Shown: in pieces, positions 35,200 through 43,912 of the stretch
Numbering within the stretch: position 1 is the stretch's first letter
How the letters are laid out: each line of letters begins with the position of its first letter
Notes under the pieces: model-generated
The model's input: the letters and a program-made list of their open reading frames with translations, nothing else
Databases searched by the model: none
What the model was told of the DNA's origin: nothing
Position numbers and translations under genes: made by a program
Assembly (NCBI GenBank): GCA_964344755.1
Contig: CAYFOH010000004.1
Coordinates: 1-52,324, forward strand
Reading direction: 5' to 3'
DNA length: 52,324 nucleotides
Source: an uncultured Methanosarcinales archaeon
GTDB taxonomy: Archaea; Nanobdellota; Nanobdellia; Woesearchaeales; GW2011-AR9

Positions 35200-36009
35200 A
35201 TGGTAGATGGTGAAGGTGTCGAAGAATTTATCTGTAAAGGAGGTTCTGGTAGTGAGGCTACGGTTCTAGTTGAATTAAGAAAAAAATTTCCCGGAATGGG
35301 TGGCGACATTTTTACACAAGAAGGAGCAGTAGTAGCTATGAGGGTTGAAAAAAATTTTTCCCCTGGTTATGGACACCGTATGTTTGTTAAACATATGCTT
35401 GTAAAAAAATTAGAAGATTATTTTTACAAATTAGGTCGTTACAATTATGCTCATTTACCAAGACCCTTTGGTTCAATAGATGAAGATGAGAGACAAGCTT
35501 ATATTTATGAGTGGGTTTTTGGTAAAGAAGGTTTTCCTTGGAGAGCTAAAGATTATGAAGGGGAAAAAAAATTAACAATTAATGAATGGAATGAATTTGT
35601 TGGTTGCTTTGCTTCTGTGGGTATAGCTATGAATACAGATTGTTCTGATCCTGAAGATTGTCGAATATCAAAAAATATCATTCACCAATTTCCAGAACAA
35701 GGTTATCCTCATACCTTTCAAATGAGTTCAATTTGGAAAAGAATTGATTTTGGTCCTTCAAGCTTAAGAATAGACTATGATTCTGTTGAAAGGTTTCTTA
35801 TTGATAATGAAAGAAAGGTTAAAGATACTCTTAGATTAGAACGTTACAATATGTTGACTTTAGCTTTAGATTACCTTAAAGAGGATAGAAAAATGAGTGA
35901 TTTTGATAAGGGGCGTCTTGAGATTTTAGTAGGTCAATACAGAAGAAGGACCTTGCAACATTACACATCAAGAACATCTGGGTTAGAAGGTGGTACATAC
36001 TTCTGTTAA
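35200..36009 (+). CDS. Hypothetical protein, possibly an atypical kinase-like fold
   Basis: GGSGS, VVAMR, LPRPFG, YIYEWV, KNII, RIDFG in kinase order. Confidence 0.5.
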   Translation: MVDGEGVEEFICKGGSGSEATVLVELRKKFPGMGGDIFTQEGAVVAMRVEKNFSPGYGHRMFVKHMLVKKLEDYFYKLGRYNYAHLPRPFGSIDEDERQAYIYEWVFGKEGFPWRAKDYEGEKKLTINEWNEFVGCFASVGIAMNTDCSDPEDCRISKNIIHQFPEQGYPHTFQMSSIWKRIDFGPSSLRIDYDSVERFLIDNERKVKDTLRLERYNMLTLALDYLKEDRKMSDFDKGRLEILVGQYRRRTLQHYTSRTSGLEGGTYFC

Positions 36010-36374
36010 ATGATCATAACTTTTTTCTTCTGTCTAATTGTTAAATATGGTTTAGTTAATCTTCTCTTGAGTCCAATATCTTGTGTTAATATTAGATAAC
36101 CCTGTTTAGATAACTTAGCTAGTTCTGTATCCACGTCCAAGGTGCTAGCTATTTTTTTAATTTTTTTTTTATTAATTATATCTAAAGCCAGTTTAGCGCT
36201 TCTTTTATATTTGCCTTTTTGTTCCTGTATTATTTTATTAAGTTCTTTGATTATCCCTTCAGTTATGATTAATTTAAAGGGAAAGTCACATACTTTTGAC
36301 AATTCAGAGAAAACATCTATCTTGAATTCGTCGATAGCCATCCAGGCATTAGTGTCTATAATGATTTTTTTCAT
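36006..36374 (-). CDS. PIN-domain protein (archaeal Fcf1/Utp24-like)
   Basis: Start MKKIIIDTN; ELNK, DVD, ILTQDIGLKRRL, IRQKK. Confidence 0.85.
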   Translation of the reverse strand: MKKIIIDTNAWMAIDEFKIDVFSELSKVCDFPFKLIITEGIIKELNKIIQEQKGKYKRSAKLALDIINKKKIKKIASTLDVDTELAKLSKQGYLILTQDIGLKRRLTKPYLTIRQKKKVMII

Positions 36375-37168
36375 ATTTCTTCTAAGCAAACAATCCAAGA
36401 GATTCTTGTTATAACTAAAAGAGTAAAGAACAAGGTTGAACTAATAAACAAAAACACACTTTCATTGTAATTAAGAGAGAGGAAGATAGAAAAGGCGCTT
36501 ATTATTAGGAGGAATAGATTAATTAGCAAAATAGGGATTGTTTTACTTGGGTTTTTAATTGCCACCTTTATCTTTAGTAAAAACTTTTTCCAAGAATTAA
36601 TATTAGCATAAGCATAACAATGAAGTAGAATATAATAAATTATGATAATAAGAATGACAAATAAGATGAGATAATTTTTAAGATCAGTTTGGTTGACTAT
36701 TAAAAAGGCTTTTTTAAGCAAGAAGTAGAACAAGAAAATAAGTGGAATACTTAAGAAAAAAAATGAAGCTGCTGATTTGAGAATAATCTGTGGTATTTCC
36801 TTAATGTTGTTTTTTAGTAAATAGTGGCTAAGTGCCCAAAGGATGCTATTAAAAAAGAAATATATCAAGAGTAGATAAGTGAATAGAAGGAAAATGTTTT
36901 TAACTAAAGCCTGATAACTTTTGTAAAGGTTAACATCCTGTGGTAAAAATGGTTGTCCAGCTTCAATGCTATTTGGATCTAAGTTAGCGTTTTGCAATGG
37001 TTGAATCAGTTCTTGTGAATCTTCTAATAATTTAATTTGGTAACTTAAAGCTAACATTGAAATACTTGATATAAAGGCAATTTGTAAAAAAATAAGAATT
37101 ACAAAAGTAATCGGTTTTTTTTTAATGGCCTGGAGTGTTTTTATTGCACATTGTTTTAGTGAAGCCAT
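36371..37168 (-). CDS. Multi-pass membrane protein
   Basis: About 6 hydrophobic helices. Confidence 0.7.
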   Translation of the reverse strand: MASLKQCAIKTLQAIKKKPITFVILIFLQIAFISSISMLALSYQIKLLEDSQELIQPLQNANLDPNSIEAGQPFLPQDVNLYKSYQALVKNIFLLFTYLLLIYFFFNSILWALSHYLLKNNIKEIPQIILKSAASFFFLSIPLIFLFYFLLKKAFLIVNQTDLKNYLILFVILIIIIYYILLHCYAYANINSWKKFLLKIKVAIKNPSKTIPILLINLFLLIISAFSIFLSLNYNESVFLFISSTLFFTLLVITRISWIVCLEEI

Positions 37169-37250
37169 AGTTGAAAGAGTATTCTTAGATTTAAAGATCT
37201 TTCTATATCCAAGCCAGAATATTTATATAATTTTAGGTGAAACAAGAGTT

Positions 37251-38216
37251 ATGGAGTATCGTAAACTAATTTCTTTTGGTAAAAGTAGTTATGTTGTTTC
37301 TCTCCCCAAAAGTTGGGTTCAAAACAACAAGTTGGAGAAAGGTGATTTAATTCATTTTAATGAGAATGGGTTTGGACTTGTTTTGTGTCCTAAGAAGGTA
37401 GACGGCAAAAAGGAAAAAGAAATTAAAATTAATGTGGATAGGAAAAGTATGAGGCGTTTGCAAAGAGAAATAATCTCTGCTTATATAAAAGATTTTAAGA
37501 CTATAACTTTGGTAGGGTCAGAGATTAAGGATAAGGCCATAAAAATCCAAGATACGATTAAAAATTTAATGGCTTTAGAAGTTATGGAACAAACTTCTCA
37601 GAAAATTGTTGCTAAAGATTTTTTAGATATTCAAAACATTTCCGTGTTTAATTTAATTAGAAAAATGGACGTCACTGTGAGGTCAATGTTAGAAGATTGT
37701 GGTAAGGGATTTGATGAAGATAATATTGAGAACATTCATTTAAGGGATCAAGACATAAATAGATTAAGTTTTTTGTCTTTTAGAATAATTGAGTATGGTT
37801 TAGAGAATTCTACGTTTATGTATAAAAAACATTATTTAGATAATAAAAAATTGCTTTCTTTATGGTGGTTGGTGTTTAATATAGAAAAAATAGGTGATGG
37901 TGTAAAGAGAGTTGCTCGTAATATGAGGGAAGTAAATCTGGATGTTAAAGAGAAGGAAAAGTTTTTAGAACTTTTAAGTGAAGCAAAGAATGCTTATTCT
38001 GATTTAATGAAAAGTTTTCATAACAAGGAAAAGGAAACTACTCATAAGATGTTAGAAGCTAAGTATGATCTAATTGAAAAATGTGAAGATTTTTATCTAA
38101 TTAACAAAAACAGAGAAAATGTTGGTCTTTTGGTAGAGAAATTGAAGACAATGGTTGTAAGTGTTCACAACCTTGGTGAAGTTGTTTATCAGTATGATTT
38201 CGAGGAAATTTTATAA
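37251..38216 (+). CDS. Phosphate uptake regulator: AbrB-type N-domain plus PhoU domains
   Basis: Start MEYRKLISFGKSSYVVSLPKSW follows GGTGA; DQDINRL; EKIGD. Confidence 0.88.
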   Translation: MEYRKLISFGKSSYVVSLPKSWVQNNKLEKGDLIHFNENGFGLVLCPKKVDGKKEKEIKINVDRKSMRRLQREIISAYIKDFKTITLVGSEIKDKAIKIQDTIKNLMALEVMEQTSQKIVAKDFLDIQNISVFNLIRKMDVTVRSMLEDCGKGFDEDNIENIHLRDQDINRLSFLSFRIIEYGLENSTFMYKKHYLDNKKLLSLWWLVFNIEKIGDGVKRVARNMREVNLDVKEKEKFLELLSEAKNAYSDLMKSFHNKEKETTHKMLEAKYDLIEKCEDFYLINKNRENVGLLVEKLKTMVVSVHNLGEVVYQYDFEEIL

Positions 38217-38276
38217 AGAGTTCTTGGTTTTGAGGCAATATCTACTATGAATGGGCACCTGTGATAGCCAGATAAC

Positions 38277-38362
38277 GTGGGGGTAGCAAAGTCTGGTCAA
38301 ATGCGCAGGACTTAAGATCCTGTCCTTTAGTAGGTTCGAGGGTTCAAATCCCTTCCCTCACA
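38277..38362 (+). tRNA. tRNA-Leu(TAA), no intron
   Basis: GTGGGGG/CCCTCAC acceptor; CAGGA-CTTAAGA-TCCTG; variable arm; GAGGG-TTCAAAT-CCCTT. Confidence 0.95.
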
Positions 38363-38407
38363 CTTTTTTTAAAAAACTTTATAAAATAACTCCTCTTAGG
38401 TGACTAA

Positions 38408-38536
38408 ATGGGACGTTTTAGCTTTATTGAATTGCCGAGAAAGGGGATTGTTGAACCAGATAATTTTTCTTTAGATACTATTTTGTTGGAAAGGGTTTTA
38501 GAGGAAAATGGCACTATGGATGTGCAGCTTTTTTAG
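38408..38536 (+). CDS. Small hypothetical protein (42 aa)
   Basis: AGGTGA SD and TTTATAAA box upstream; MGRFSFIELPRKG...DVQLF. Confidence 0.4.
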   Translation: MGRFSFIELPRKGIVEPDNFSLDTILLERVLEENGTMDVQLF

Positions 38537-38622
38537 ATTTTGTCTTTAGCCGACCAAGGAAATTAGTATTTTAATTTAAAATAGTAATCTTTAAAAACAA
38601 TAGAAATTCTGGATATTTAATT

Positions 38623-38754
38623 GCCCCTGTGGCCTAGCGGTATGGCGTTACCTTGGTATGTTCTGCAAGGAATGACAAAGAGGTAGAGGTCCCGAGTTCA
38701 ATTATCATTAGCGTTAATAATTGCGTTATGATTTGGAAAATCTCGGCAGGGGCT
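38623..38754 (+). tRNA. tRNA-Thr(GGT) with 37/38 intron (38659-38680) and T-loop intron (about 38703-38740)
   Basis: GCCCCTG/CAGGGGC acceptor; TTACC-TTGGTA|A-GGTAG; T-stem CCGAG/CTCGG interrupted by a hairpin insert. Confidence 0.88.
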
Positions 38755-38876
38755 TTTTACTTCACAAATGAAGAGCCCACCAAAAGAATATTAATGGCTA
38801 AGCAAAAATATTTAGTAATTAATTTATAGTCTTTAAGATGTAATTATTTAAAAGAAGTTATTAATCTTACTAAGGA

Positions 38877-39806
38877 ATGCTACAAGAGATTTCTTCTTAC
38901 ATCAAGGAAAGTTTAAGTCAATTAGAGGGAGATGACCAGCTCCTATTTAACAACAAGGTAGTGGAAATTAAGGATGATTTCCAAGAAATAATTTCTCAAG
39001 AAGGTAAAAGTATTGCTTTCGTTGATGGTGGTCAAGCAGAAATAATTGCTACAGGAAACTTTTGTTTAAGCTTTATTCGAGTTTTTGCTCAAGTCTTTAA
39101 AAACGGACAAAAATTAAACTCTTATAAAAACGAGTTTTATTTGTTTACTCGAGCGGTAAACAAAGAAGATGGTTTGTATTATGAAAGCAAGATATTTCCT
39201 TTAAAAAATATGTTGTTTACAGAAGAAAAACTGTTGATCTCTTCTACTGACAGTACAATTAGAACTGGAACAGAAAGAGCTCCAATTTCTAAGGTGACAA
39301 ACATGGCTAGAAGGTTTGCTGAGCTTAATTTAACTAAGGAAATAGAGGCTGATTATATTGTTCTTGACGGTACCTTAGAACCAACATTTAAGGGGGAGGA
39401 AAATATTGTTTTAAGTAATAATGTAACAGCTTTGGCTAAAAGTTGTTCTTTATTCACAACGAAAGGCAATAATCCAGTTGTTCTTCTTAAAAAAAAAGGT
39501 ATTAAAGGACCTTGGGCTTACTTTGTGGATGGAAACACTTATTTCGTGAAACTTCATCCTAAAGCTAAACATGTGTTCAGATTTGAGGGAAGTATGGAAG
39601 TGCTAAGTTATCTTTTAAAATATTGTAGTGATGCTATTTTTTTGGGTTACCCTTATGGTCTAATATTAGCAGATAGGCTAGCTAGAGTAAGTAACCAAGA
39701 AAAAAATTCCTTAAAGATGAAGTTTCTGTTAAATGGAAAAAACAAAGAAATCTTTGATTATTTAAGTGCTTCAAATGCTCATGAGATATTAGATACTATG
39801 GGCTAA
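38877..39806 (+). CDS. nurA: NurA-family nuclease
   Basis: AFVDGG, VLDGTL, LAKS, GYPYGLILADRLARVS. Confidence 0.8.
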   Translation: MLQEISSYIKESLSQLEGDDQLLFNNKVVEIKDDFQEIISQEGKSIAFVDGGQAEIIATGNFCLSFIRVFAQVFKNGQKLNSYKNEFYLFTRAVNKEDGLYYESKIFPLKNMLFTEEKLLISSTDSTIRTGTERAPISKVTNMARRFAELNLTKEIEADYIVLDGTLEPTFKGEENIVLSNNVTALAKSCSLFTTKGNNPVVLLKKKGIKGPWAYFVDGNTYFVKLHPKAKHVFRFEGSMEVLSYLLKYCSDAIFLGYPYGLILADRLARVSNQEKNSLKMKFLLNGKNKEIFDYLSASNAHEILDTMG

Positions 39807-39837
39807 AATTTATATAGAATTTTAATTTTATAGATAT

Positions 39838-40296
39838 ATGAAAAAAATTCTTGGTTTGGCTTTGCTTACTTTTTTTGCATCTTGTAGTAGACCCGTTCCA
39901 GAACCAGATGTTACTTTGCCAAAGCAAGCAGAAGTTTACACTGTGGACGGGAAATTAGTTGATTTAATTAATGATGATGATAAGGTGATAAATTTTTGGG
40001 CTTCCTGGTGTAAACCATGTGTAAGGGAGTTTCCTCAATTTGAAGATGCTTATAGAAAACATTCAGAAACCGATTTTTATATGGTTAATTTGAATGAAGA
40101 TAAAGAAGTCATTGAAGATTTTCTTAAAGATAAGGAATTTACCTTTCCTGTGTATCAGGATGAAGGTGCTAGGGTTTATAAGAGCTTTACTAAAAGAACA
40201 GCAATCCCTTTGACTGTGATTGTTGAAGATGGAAATATTAAACATTTCTATTTTGGCACTTTGCCAGAAGGTTATTTGGATAGGAAGTTGAAATAG
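39838..40296 (+). CDS. TlpA-family thiol-disulfide oxidoreductase, putative lipoprotein
   Basis: INFWASWCKPCVREFP; lipobox-like FFASC. Confidence 0.9.
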   Translation: MKKILGLALLTFFASCSRPVPEPDVTLPKQAEVYTVDGKLVDLINDDDKVINFWASWCKPCVREFPQFEDAYRKHSETDFYMVNLNEDKEVIEDFLKDKEFTFPVYQDEGARVYKSFTKRTAIPLTVIVEDGNIKHFYFGTLPEGYLDRKLK

Positions 40297-40327
40297 AAAA
40301 TAATCCTAAAACCATCTTGGGTGAATA

Positions 40328-40840
40328 TTATAAATTAATTCTATTCTCACTCAAGAAAAATTTGTCTGCTGTGTTTCTATCCCATCTATATTGAAAATCA
40401 ATATCAACAAAAACTTTTCGCCGATCACCACCTTCTCCAACAAAACCATAATCTTTATCAGGATGATGATCTAATCCCAATTGACCATTTGCAGTAAGAT
40501 CTTCAGTAAGTATCCCTGCTTTTCCATCATATGTAACCCCAACACAAAAAGCAGGAACTCCTTTTCCTTGACTATGAAGATATTCAGCATTCTGACAAAA
40601 AATCTCCATGCCAAAAACCTGAAAATCAAGATCTCTCTGTCCTTCAGGCATGTCTGGTCTATATGCACGTAAAGCAACGTGTAAGCCTGAAGATAATTTG
40701 CCAATATAAAATAAATTAACAGTTCCTCCAAAAGAAAATTCTTTAACATCACAATCAAATGCACTTTTTGTTACATCTAATAAAGCTGATGCTGTTTCAA
40801 TTTCCGTTCTTACTTTTTGAGATAAGTCAAAGTAATCCAT
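40328..40840 (-). CDS. Hypothetical protein, kinase-like fragment
   Basis: GGTVNLFY, VALR, GVP, ILTEDL, VFVDID. Confidence 0.5.
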   Translation of the reverse strand: MDYFDLSQKVRTEIETASALLDVTKSAFDCDVKEFSFGGTVNLFYIGKLSSGLHVALRAYRPDMPEGQRDLDFQVFGMEIFCQNAEYLHSQGKGVPAFCVGVTYDGKAGILTEDLTANGQLGLDHHPDKDYGFVGEGGDRRKVFVDIDFQYRWDRNTADKFFLSENRINL

Positions 40841-40984
40841 ATGTTTCGTTCCTAAGAGGAATTTATAAAAGTTACTCTAAGAATGGCTACTTTTCACAAC
40901 AATTCTTAACTAACCCCTTTACATTGGAAGCATTTTTGAAGGTATCTCTTAGGGAGAAAATTATTTACTAGATTAACATTCCCT

Positions 40985-41398
40985 TTATTTTCTTAAAAGT
41001 CTAAAGAATTGGGCGGACATCTCTTTTTTAGAAATATCTCCCTTTAAAGTGTAGGCATCTGCTTCTTTATTAATACCATATTCAGTGATCATATGCTCTA
41101 ATGTTTGTTTATTAGTTTCGGTACTGTATATAGATCCAACTTGTTCGACATGCACACTTTTTCCTTGAGCATTAATATAGCTATCTTGAGATTCATATAA
41201 TCGAACCATAGAACCAAGATCACGCATTTCAGGATAAATTGCGTCAGGAATTATTTTTCCTTTTTTAAACCTAAATAATGGACTGATATTAAGTGTTCTG
41301 TTTCGTACACAGTACTCAACGAAAGGAAGCGCAACAAGTGCTATCCCATTACCTATTAGACAGAGATACGTTGACAATTCCCTACTTTCTTCGTTCAT
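40985..41398 (-). CDS. Hypothetical protein
   Basis: GAGG SD upstream; 137 aa. Confidence 0.55.
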   Translation of the reverse strand: MNEESRELSTYLCLIGNGIALVALPFVEYCVRNRTLNISPLFRFKKGKIIPDAIYPEMRDLGSMVRLYESQDSYINAQGKSVHVEQVGSIYSTETNKQTLEHMITEYGINKEADAYTLKGDISKKEMSAQFFRLLRK

Positions 41399-41428
41399 GT
41401 TTATCCTCGATGTTGCTTGAAGTAAAAG

Positions 41429-41614
41429 CGCCAGCGCCCGGACTTTCAGAACAATAACAAAATTTTCAAAGGGACTAAGCTTTGAGCTATACGTCCCTCT
41501 TTTGATTAAACTTTGTTAAAGTTTATTTGAACCGGGATATCCCGAAGGAAACAAGCTGTATGGTACTTTCCTTAAATTCCAGGCTTGCGCAGTACCAGAT
41601 TGTGCCACGCTGGC
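41429..41614 (-). tRNA. tRNA-Ser(GGA) with 37/38 intron (41558-41576) and 83-nt T-loop intron (41443-41525)
   Basis: GCCAGCG/CGCTGGC acceptor; CAAGC-CTGGAA|A-GCTTG; variable arm TCC-TTCG-GGA; T-stem CCCGG/CCGGG with BHB TTCA/TGAA. Confidence 0.9.
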
Positions 41615-41675
41615 ATTAAACCTTTGTCACACTTTCTGTGGGTTGATAAGGGTAAACTCCCCTTATACGCCAAGT

Positions 41676-41694
41676 CAGATTGTGCCACGCTGGC
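41676..41694 (-). repeat. Exact 19-bp duplicate of the tRNA-Ser(GGA) 5' end
   Basis: GCCAGCGTGGCACAATCTG occurs at 41694-41676 and at 41614-41596. Confidence 0.9.
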
Positions 41695-41721
41695 TTAAGT
41701 GTTACTTTTAGAAGTTCTTAT

Positions 41722-41862
41722 TTAAATATTTCTGTAAATCTCTTCATGTCCACAATCTAAACAGGCTATGTATTCTTTACCCTCAAAGCTATAAATATCA
41801 ACGTGTGATGATTTACAGGCGTTATACCAGTGTTTGTCTCCTTCTTCTGCTGTGTGGACCAT
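41722..41862 (-). CDS. Small zinc-ribbon-like protein (46 aa)
   Basis: MVHTAEEGDKHWYNACKSSHVDIYSFEGKEYIACLDCGHEEIYRNI; one CxxC knuckle and one degenerate knuckle. Confidence 0.55.
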   Translation of the reverse strand: MVHTAEEGDKHWYNACKSSHVDIYSFEGKEYIACLDCGHEEIYRNI

Positions 41863-41874
41863 GTTAAAAAAAGA

Positions 41875-42003
41875 TGGCGGTGGAGGAATTTGAATCCTCG
41901 ATCCCTGCGTAGCTCAATTTAAATGTTTAGTCATCAGCCAATAAAAGACCTCATAGCTCAAATATATGAGCGCAGTGCTATAACCAGGCTAAGCCACACC
42001 GCC
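41875..42003 (-). tRNA. tRNA-Met(CAT), elongator type, with 54-nt 37/38 intron (41911-41964)
   Basis: GGCGGTG/CACCGCC acceptor; CTGCG-CTCATA|A-CGCAG; perfect BHB CTCA/TGAG. Confidence 0.88.
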
Positions 42004-42041
42004 TTTAACAAAGCATGAACTTAATCGTTATAAAAACCTTT

Positions 42042-42431
42042 CTACTCAAACAAACCACTAACGTCTTGACCAGGTTTATTGATGATGGAGTGCATACTGC
42101 CACCACCATCTCCATTATAACGAGGCATAATATGAACATGTAGATGAGGAACGACTTGTCCACCGGCTGAATTATGGTTCCATCCGACATTAAAACCATC
42201 ACAATGTATTTTGCTTTTTAACTCCATCATCACTTTTTTGACAGCTAAAATAAGATTTTTAGATTCTTCGTTGGTTAAATCAAAGATAACCTCTGCGTGT
42301 TTTTTAGGAATAACTAACGTATGTCCCTTTGTATGTGGTTGGGCGTCAAGAAAGGCTAAGATGTTTTCGTCTTCGTAGACTTTTTTACACGGGATTTCAC
42401 CTTTAATAATTTTACAAAAAATACAGTCCAT
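42042..42431 (-). CDS. HIT family hydrolase
   Basis: MDCIFCKII, GHTLVIPK, GQVVPHLHVHIMPR. Confidence 0.95.
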   Translation of the reverse strand: MDCIFCKIIKGEIPCKKVYEDENILAFLDAQPHTKGHTLVIPKKHAEVIFDLTNEESKNLILAVKKVMMELKSKIHCDGFNVGWNHNSAGGQVVPHLHVHIMPRYNGDGGGSMHSIINKPGQDVSGLFE

Positions 42432-42537
42432 TTTTGTTGTGAAAATATTTTTTTTATATAAGGTTATCTATTAGGCTAGGGTTTAAATAGTTTAAACAAC
42501 AAAAATCTTTAAATAAAGCAAGAAAATTACTGTATTG

Positions 42538-42714
42538 ATGCTTACAGTAAGAACTCAAGTAAAGGAAATTCTTAAAGAATCAGGTTTGGGTGTTGAAAAC
42601 CTTTCAGCAGATTTTATGGATGTTTTAGACCAAAAAGTAAAGAAAATTGTTGTTAAAGCAGTTGAAAGAGCGAAAGCCAATGGACGTCGCACAGTAATGG
42701 GTAGAGACGTTTAG
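42538..42714 (+). CDS. Small histone-fold protein (DUF1931 / face-to-face type), 58 aa
   Basis: Below the ORF-track cutoff; MLTVRTQVKEIL...NLSADFMDVLDQKV...KAVERAKANGRRTVMGRDV. Confidence 0.88.
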   Translation: MLTVRTQVKEILKESGLGVENLSADFMDVLDQKVKKIVVKAVERAKANGRRTVMGRDV

Positions 42715-43355
42715 CTAACAATCCTTGGTGGTGGAGGTAACGGTAGACTTTGGGCAATTGTCTTTTTTTCTGGACCAGAAAGAATTAGCTTGTGTTTCAC
42801 ACTGAATTGTTCTTCTCCGTACAGTTTATTTTCAATTTCTTTAAGTTTTATCTTTAGTTTGCTTGATTCTTCTGGATCTTGAACCAAAGAGATTTTTTCT
42901 TTTAGAATTTCAATTTTTTCTTTCAAGTAACTGACTCTGTCTTGGTTGTTATTGCTATTCAACTGCATTTTAGCAAACTGAACATTTTTGTAAACTTCTT
43001 TTTGGGCTAAATTTTCGCCAATTAGATGTGAAATCTTTTGGACTTTTTTTTGTAAATCTTTGTCTCCAGCAGCAGCTAATCTTTTTTGCAAATTTTTAAT
43101 CTTCTTTTTTAAGGTCTTAATTTTTTTGGACTCTTTTGTTTTTTGTTCCTTTATCTCTTTTTCCAGTTTAACAATGTTTTCTAATTTTTGTTCTAAATGA
43201 AGAATCTCTTTCCTTAAACTTAGTTTTGGGACCCTTTTTTGGGAGGCTAAATATTTTATTTTTTCAATTTTAGCTTTTATTTCTTTTCTAGAGAAATCCA
43301 TTGTTTCAGTGTGATAAGCACTGGCTAAACTTACAAGAAGCAATTTTGTTCTCAT
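42711..43355 (-). CDS. Basic coiled-coil protein with polyproline C-terminus
   Basis: Heptads; ends LPLPPPPRIVS. Confidence 0.7.
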   Translation of the reverse strand: MRTKLLLVSLASAYHTETMDFSRKEIKAKIEKIKYLASQKRVPKLSLRKEILHLEQKLENIVKLEKEIKEQKTKESKKIKTLKKKIKNLQKRLAAAGDKDLQKKVQKISHLIGENLAQKEVYKNVQFAKMQLNSNNNQDRVSYLKEKIEILKEKISLVQDPEESSKLKIKLKEIENKLYGEEQFSVKHKLILSGPEKKTIAQSLPLPPPPRIVS

Positions 43356-43804
43356 TATCCAAAGATCCCTTTACGTTCTCTTTTACTTGTGCCAGCCATA
43401 CTAGGCGGCGGTGGTGGAAAATTATTTGATTGTGAAAGAATTTGAGGTTTTGTTTTGGGAATGGATGGTGGTGGAGGAATGCCAGAAGACGTTTTCATGA
43501 AATTTTCTAGTTTATCTGAAATTGCTACCATTCCTCTAGCAATCGTCTCGTTCTGGCTAACAACCATCTTAATTTTGTCATTCAAAGCTTTGACCTTCTT
43601 TTCAGTGTCATCTTTCTTAACATCTTCTAAAGTTCTTTTAAAAATACTTGTAAGTTCATGGATAGATTCCCTAAGGCTCTCAATTTCTAGAATTAATTCA
43701 TTGGACTTAGCGTCAGGTTCCATTAATTTTTTTTTTAGGGACTCAACGTCATATTTAAGATCGGAAAGTAATTGGTGAGGTAAAATTTCGTAGTCTTCAG
43801 TCAT
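43355..43804 (-). CDS. Coiled-coil protein with Pro-rich tail
   Basis: YEILPHQLLSDLK, heptads, two PPPP tracts. Confidence 0.75.
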   Translation of the reverse strand: MTEDYEILPHQLLSDLKYDVESLKKKLMEPDAKSNELILEIESLRESIHELTSIFKRTLEDVKKDDTEKKVKALNDKIKMVVSQNETIARGMVAISDKLENFMKTSSGIPPPPSIPKTKPQILSQSNNFPPPPPSMAGTSKRERKGIFG

Positions 43805-43912
43805 CTGTAAACACCCTTTTTAGCGAATATTAAAGAGGTTTGCTTTATAAATTTTCCGATATAACAAATTAGCCGAAATGTTTATAAATCAAAGCTCTTC
43901 CAAGATGTAAAT

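Noticed and set aside
38236..38276. Weak hairpin leader before tRNA-Leu
   Set aside because: Only short TATCT/AGATA pairing; not distinguishable from chance.
41875..42003. Initiator tRNA-Met, or a C/D guide within its intron
   Set aside because: G1-C72 and no three consecutive G-C pairs in the anticodon stem argue against initiator (Ile2 is not fully excluded). The intron has CTGATGA but no properly ordered C and D boxes.
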